Program-made: the position numbers and the translations under genes
In this document: positions 59,942-64,000 of the stretch, one piece after another
Numbering within the stretch: the stretch's first letter is position 1
Layout of the letters: the number at the start of each line of letters is the position of its first letter
IMG/VR virus record: IMGVR_UViG_3300042292_000979
Strand: one strand, 5' to 3'
DNA length: 64,000 bases
Source: a virus
Notes under the pieces: model-generated
What the model was told of the DNA's origin: nothing
What the model saw: only the letters and a program-made list of their open reading frames with translations
The model's database searches: none

Positions 59942-60245
59942 TAGCGCCTTCCTTCATAATGTTAAACATCTTCTGTCGTGCATCATGGACAGAATCATGA
60001 AAGTTTCGTTTTGCCTCATCAGAAGCAAAGTTTAATTGACCCAATAAAGCTTCAATAAAAACAGCTTGTTCAGCAAATCCGGTAGCTAAGGTAGCAATCT
60101 GTTGTTCGTAAGATTCCATAACTTTATCTAATTTTTCAATTTTATTATCGAATTGAGCAGCCATTGCTAAAACAATATCATTAACTGTTTTTCTCAAAAG
60201 CTCAATATCTGTATAGTCTGGAATACTATTTTGTTCATCGCTCAT
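59856..60245 (-). CDS. Hypothetical coiled-coil protein
   Basis: DNKIEKLDKVMESYEQQIATLATGFAEQAVFIEALLGQ. Confidence 0.45.
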   Translation of the reverse strand: MSDEQNSIPDYTDIELLRKTVNDIVLAMAAQFDNKIEKLDKVMESYEQQIATLATGFAEQAVFIEALLGQLNFASDEAKRNFHDSVHDARQKMFNIMKEGANGIVADQNPRLASAIEDVVDSKSPDTTE

Positions 60246-60874
60246 ACTTCATACCAATCTGTTTTGTTGGTTACATGGGAAGACAAAGCAAGATCAACTA
60301 GATAGGATATAGAATGTAATTCTTGCCTTGTAACCTTAATGCTATCAACAGAAATTGGTGATTTCATATCAGGAAGAAACGCACCACTATCAGTCTTCTT
60401 AGCGTTAAAATGCCCAGTCTTGAAAACAAAAGCATCTTGGTCAAAAGTTTCATTATTTTGCCAATGATGAATTTTAAATATTCTACTAATCGGCTTACCC
60501 TGAACTTCAGCTCCACCATAGGAAACAAAACCTTCATCAGTAAGAACACCAGTCTTAGCATTAGCCTTATAAGCAAGCTTAGCAGTTCCGTTAATAACTG
60601 AACGAAGCCATGCTGCAAAGTCTACAGCATCAACAAATACATGAGTGTTGCCAGCTAGCTTTCCATCGTTAGATATTTTACCAATATCAATTCTAAATTT
60701 CATTCCAGCAAACCATGGTCTTATCGAAAGAAAACCGCTTTGGGTTTTAGAACGAAACCATTTTTTATAAAGATCTTTTTCATAAGATTTTTCAGTTGAT
60801 AACGGAGTATCTGGTTTAAAATTTTCCTCAAACATGCCTTCATCAAACAATTGTTCTTGCTGTGCGTTGCTCAT
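60242..60874 (-). CDS. Hypothetical protein of Ubl-like operon
   Basis: Coherent ORF with ATGA-type overlap. Confidence 0.5.
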   Translation of the reverse strand: MSNAQQEQLFDEGMFEENFKPDTPLSTEKSYEKDLYKKWFRSKTQSGFLSIRPWFAGMKFRIDIGKISNDGKLAGNTHVFVDAVDFAAWLRSVINGTAKLAYKANAKTGVLTDEGFVSYGGAEVQGKPISRIFKIHHWQNNETFDQDAFVFKTGHFNAKKTDSGAFLPDMKSPISVDSIKVTRQELHSISYLVDLALSSHVTNKTDWYEV

Positions 60875-60883
60875 ATTAGCTCC

Positions 60884-62515
60884 TTATTTCGTAGTCCACT
60901 GAAGTGATTTATTAGTTGTTTTAGAAGCAGTAAGTGGACTTCCGCTTACTACTAGTTTAGCATCATTAAACTGATCTGTCGAAGCCCAATCCCATTGTTC
61001 GATTGCAGTAGCATACAAATCTTGAATCATTTGACGATTCTTATTCCACAATATATTACGAATAGTAGGTGCAGTCTTAACAATGTCTTGAGTTGTTATA
61101 GTGCGCATTTCGCCAAGAGCAATATTAAACTTAGTCTCTTTAATTAAAGATTTAATTTCAGCACCAGTAAAATACTGAGTTGCTTCAGATAATTGTTCAT
61201 AGTCAAATGCATGATCAGTGTTTATACTATCAAGATAAATTTTAATAATATCGATTCTTTCTATGAAAGATGGAAGACCAACAAACATTATTTTATCAAA
61301 TCGATCTGCACGAAGCATTTCTGGACGAAGGTTTTCTAGCTGATTAGCAGCACACATTAAGAAAACATTTTTTGGAAGTTCTTGTAAGCCAGTTAAAAAT
61401 TCTCCGTGAACACGATCAGTGGTGCCACCATCTACATGAGAAGAACTTGCACCACCAGATAGGTCTCGACCAAACTCGTCAATCCAAACACACAATGGAG
61501 CCATTACGCCAATTTGTTTAAATACATTACGCATATTAGATTCTGATTGGCCAACAAAAGAATTCATAACTTGACTAACGCCAGTGCGCGCTAAGTCTAA
61601 ACCAAGAGCACTTGCAGTAGCTTCACAAATAGCAGACTTACCAGTGCCTGGAACACCTACCATAAGCATTCGAGCAATTGGTGAAACGCCAAACTCTTTA
61701 GCCTTTTCTGGGTTATGCCAAAGAACGGCATTACGATTGATTATTTGCTTGATGTTATCAAGACCACCAATTTGATCAAATGTTATGGTAGGCTTTTTAA
61801 TTTCCAAAATACCATTACGTTTAATATCAGCCATTTTCATATTATAAATAACTTCTGGATCAACCGTTCCAGTGTCAACAACGGAAGTTAAGCAAAGATT
61901 AATGAAAGAAGACTCAGTTAAACCTAAACCGGCTTTAGCAATTTGTTGTTTTTTGGATGAATCAAAGACCAAGGAATCTGTAGAAGTTTCAATATGTGCA
62001 AGCACTGTAGAAAGTTCATCTAAATTTGGAAGTTCAAATTCCATATTTGCAAACAAGTGTAAGTAGTCTTCCGGGCATGCAAATGGAGATATGAATATAA
62101 ACTGGATTGGCATTAGATCATTATCATCAGACCAAAAAGATTGACGATAAGAATACTGCAATGAAGAAATTAATCCAGCATACATTGAAAGAAGTTCATC
62201 TGGTTTTACAAAAACTGGATAAAGAAATGTAGACTTTTTAGAAACAAATCCAGTTTTATCTGTAACCATATATTGATAAGCTACAGTAAAATCATAAGTA
62301 ACTGTTTCAATAGTTTCATCTGGGTTATTGCGATTAGGTATTTCAACTATAATGGATTTCCATTGGCCATCAATAAATTTACTAAAACCCTTATTGCTGT
62401 CAATAGTAAAATAATCTCGATTATCAAAATCAGAAATCGTTTCAATAGAACGATACACATCCGAACTCTTAAGCCAGATAGAAGGTATACCCAGTTTTAT
62501 TTGAGAAAAAAGCAT
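60884..62515 (-). CDS. AAA+ ATPase (Cdc48/FtsH/proteasomal ATPase-like)
   Basis: Walker A GVPGTGKSAICEAT, Walker B CVWIDEFGRDL, SRH-like NLRPEMLRADRFDKIMFVGLP. Confidence 0.85.
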   Translation of the reverse strand: MLFSQIKLGIPSIWLKSSDVYRSIETISDFDNRDYFTIDSNKGFSKFIDGQWKSIIVEIPNRNNPDETIETVTYDFTVAYQYMVTDKTGFVSKKSTFLYPVFVKPDELLSMYAGLISSLQYSYRQSFWSDDNDLMPIQFIFISPFACPEDYLHLFANMEFELPNLDELSTVLAHIETSTDSLVFDSSKKQQIAKAGLGLTESSFINLCLTSVVDTGTVDPEVIYNMKMADIKRNGILEIKKPTITFDQIGGLDNIKQIINRNAVLWHNPEKAKEFGVSPIARMLMVGVPGTGKSAICEATASALGLDLARTGVSQVMNSFVGQSESNMRNVFKQIGVMAPLCVWIDEFGRDLSGGASSSHVDGGTTDRVHGEFLTGLQELPKNVFLMCAANQLENLRPEMLRADRFDKIMFVGLPSFIERIDIIKIYLDSINTDHAFDYEQLSEATQYFTGAEIKSLIKETKFNIALGEMRTITTQDIVKTAPTIRNILWNKNRQMIQDLYATAIEQWDWASTDQFNDAKLVVSGSPLTASKTTNKSLQWTTK

Positions 62516-62606
62516 TAATTTACCCCTATGTAAAAATAGAATAGAATAAATGTGGGGGAGAATACCCGATCAAAGTACTCTCCCCCACAAACTTTAAGAC
62601 TGTATA

Positions 62607-62864
62607 TCAGCCCTTTTCGCCTGCACGGCGGTGAAACTCTACGTTGTCTCCTGGTTGGATAACATAGTTTTCATCAAGCTTATCTTTACCTTTGTAAGCT
62701 ACTGCATCTGTTGGGATTCCCCAAAGCTTACCGAACTGCTCACGTGCATCTTTAATCGACTTACCCGCAATTGGGGTAGGTTGATTGTAAACGCCGAATC
62801 TAACGTTTGCTACACCAGAAGCGGACTTCTGGGCTGCTGAACCACTTTCATTTATATTGCTCAT
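62607..62864 (-). CDS. Ubiquitin-like (PRTRC protein C-like) modifier
   Basis: Beta-grasp-like length; DNVEFHRRAGEKG C-terminus resembling the F-x-R-x-x-G-x-KG ending of PRTRC C proteins. Confidence 0.6.
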   Translation of the reverse strand: MSNINESGSAAQKSASGVANVRFGVYNQPTPIAGKSIKDAREQFGKLWGIPTDAVAYKGKDKLDENYVIQPGDNVEFHRRAGEKG

Positions 62865-62897
62865 GATATGTTTATCCTTATGTTTAGTTTGTTTTTA

Positions 62898-63659
62898 TTA
62901 CACTGAGACTTTGGTTTGAACTACACGCCTATCGTAAGGCTGAGCCATTCCTAATCCCAAATCAAAATAGATCTCAGTTACTTCTGGATCTTTTCCTTCA
63001 ACAATAATATGATTGATGCGTCCTAAGATAATAGAAGCAACAGCCATATTGGTAGCAAGGAGTTGAGTGCCACCATCTATCTCAGCCCGCTCTTGACAAG
63101 ATAGTTCACCTGGATTTTTATCTGGTGGATTTTCATATTCAGGATGGTATACTACTGGATGGTCTGTAACATCAACGCCATCACGACGTTGATAATGGTA
63201 AATAGATCCAAATAAAGCATCATCATTACCACCAGTAAAGACATCGATGTTAGCTATATTGGACGCAGCATCAAACAATATTTTACGAGCAGCAAAGTTA
63301 TCTACTACAGCAAGAACAACATCTCCGTCAGTTAAAAGATCAGAAGCTTTCATCTTAGGAGAATCATCATCTGTTACTCCTTGAAAATCATCTCCAACAA
63401 TCCATTTAGCAACTGGAATAAAAGTAGTCTTATTAAATTGCTGAGTAAGCTCTAAAGCTTTAACAGAAGCCTTGTTGCCCATCTTCGTAAAATGCTGACG
63501 CTCTTTATTTTTTTCTTCATAGTTGTCACCATCAACAATAATCAATGCTGAGTTAGGATACTTCCATTCTAGAAGACGAGCAACGCCTTCAGCAAGCCAA
63601 GTACCAATACCGCCAGCACCAACAATTACGAATCTTTTTTCTTTAGACTCCATAGTTAC
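62898..63659 (-). CDS. E1/ThiF-family (PRTRC ThiF-like) adenylyltransferase
   Basis: RFVIVGAGGIGTWLAEGVARLL...ALIIVDGDNYEEKNKERQHF...DGDVVLAVVDNFAARKILFD...ELSCQERAEIDGGTQLLATNMAVASIIL; start approximate. Confidence 0.8.
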   Translation of the reverse strand, partial: VTMESKEKRFVIVGAGGIGTWLAEGVARLLEWKYPNSALIIVDGDNYEEKNKERQHFTKMGNKASVKALELTQQFNKTTFIPVAKWIVGDDFQGVTDDDSPKMKASDLLTDGDVVLAVVDNFAARKILFDAASNIANIDVFTGGNDDALFGSIYHYQRRDGVDVTDHPVVYHPEYENPPDKNPGELSCQERAEIDGGTQLLATNMAVASIILGRINHIIVEGKDPEVTEIYFDLGLGMAQPYDRRVVQTKVSV

Positions 63660-63981
63660 CCCAACCTTCCATTGAGTAGTCACTTGAATTTTTGTATGCT
63701 TGCCAACTTGTGCAACCATATAGTGGTTCTTTTGGAAGCTCAGCTTCAACAGCAAATTTTATAATAGCTTCCCGGTATTCTGGACAAGACGGAAGATAAT
63801 AATGCTCACAAGATTCACATACAGAATGAGAATCATACATCTTAATATTTTGAGCAGAAATTGCTTCATCAAAATCTTGAATATCGTCAGGCAATACAGT
63901 TACCGGACAATTACAAAGTGCACCGTTTTCAGTTAAAGGAGCTTCGCAACAAAGAGTTATGTTTGACCATTTGTCTATCAA
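63643..63981 (-). CDS. Cys-rich hypothetical protein of Ubl-like operon
   Basis: LCCEAPLTENGALCNCP...SVCESCEHYYLPSCPEY. Confidence 0.5.
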   Translation of the reverse strand: MIDKWSNITLCCEAPLTENGALCNCPVTVLPDDIQDFDEAISAQNIKMYDSHSVCESCEHYYLPSCPEYREAIIKFAVEAELPKEPLYGCTSWQAYKNSSDYSMEGWGNYGV

Positions 63982-64000
63982 GTCTTCGTTAAATACAGAT

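Noticed and set aside
1-64000. CRISPR array or transposon
   Set aside because: No regularly spaced direct repeats, transposase or terminal inverted repeats were recognisable by eye.

Overview
AT-rich window from a large tailed-phage genome. The host is probably an actinobacterium (inference from one embedded, less AT-rich host-like surface-protein gene with a TTTSSTTTTTT linker). Recognisable modules: replication and nucleotide genes (AEP-type primase, DnaE-type DNA polymerase III alpha, RecB-like nucleases, RNase H, dNMP kinase, SSB, UDG, sigma-like factor), M15 endolysin plus holin/spanin candidates, an array of tiny Lys-rich proteins, a large surface-modification/accessory region (glycosyltransferases, methyltransferases, many 2OG-Fe(II) oxygenases, sulfotransferase-like, SGNH-like, carbamoyltransferase, LLM flavin enzyme, AurF-like diiron enzyme, ferredoxin), two tRNAs, a proteasome-beta/HslV-like hydrolase, and a minus-strand operon resembling PRTRC/ubiquitin-like conjugation systems (Ubl, E1/ThiF, AAA+, two E2-like proteins). 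The most unusual observation is a recoding pattern. CGG is almost absent as an in-frame codon. Each of the nine internal gene breaks I could resolve, on both strands, lies exactly at an in-frame CGG and is repaired by a +1 shift, i.e. CGGN read as one unit. In the endolysin the repaired residue must be Gly to complete the M15 motif SxHxxGxAxD. The window also encodes a tRNA-Gly-like gene whose anticodon loop UUUCCGA contains 5'-UCCG-3', the exact complement of CGGA. This suggests a phage quadruplet-decoding (+1 frameshifting) tRNA-Gly used to express the endolysin, sigma-like factor, nucleases and a metallopeptidase. Three CGG codons at 59.5-63.8 kb are apparently read normally, so the effect is not universal. 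All assignments were made by eye, with no database searches.
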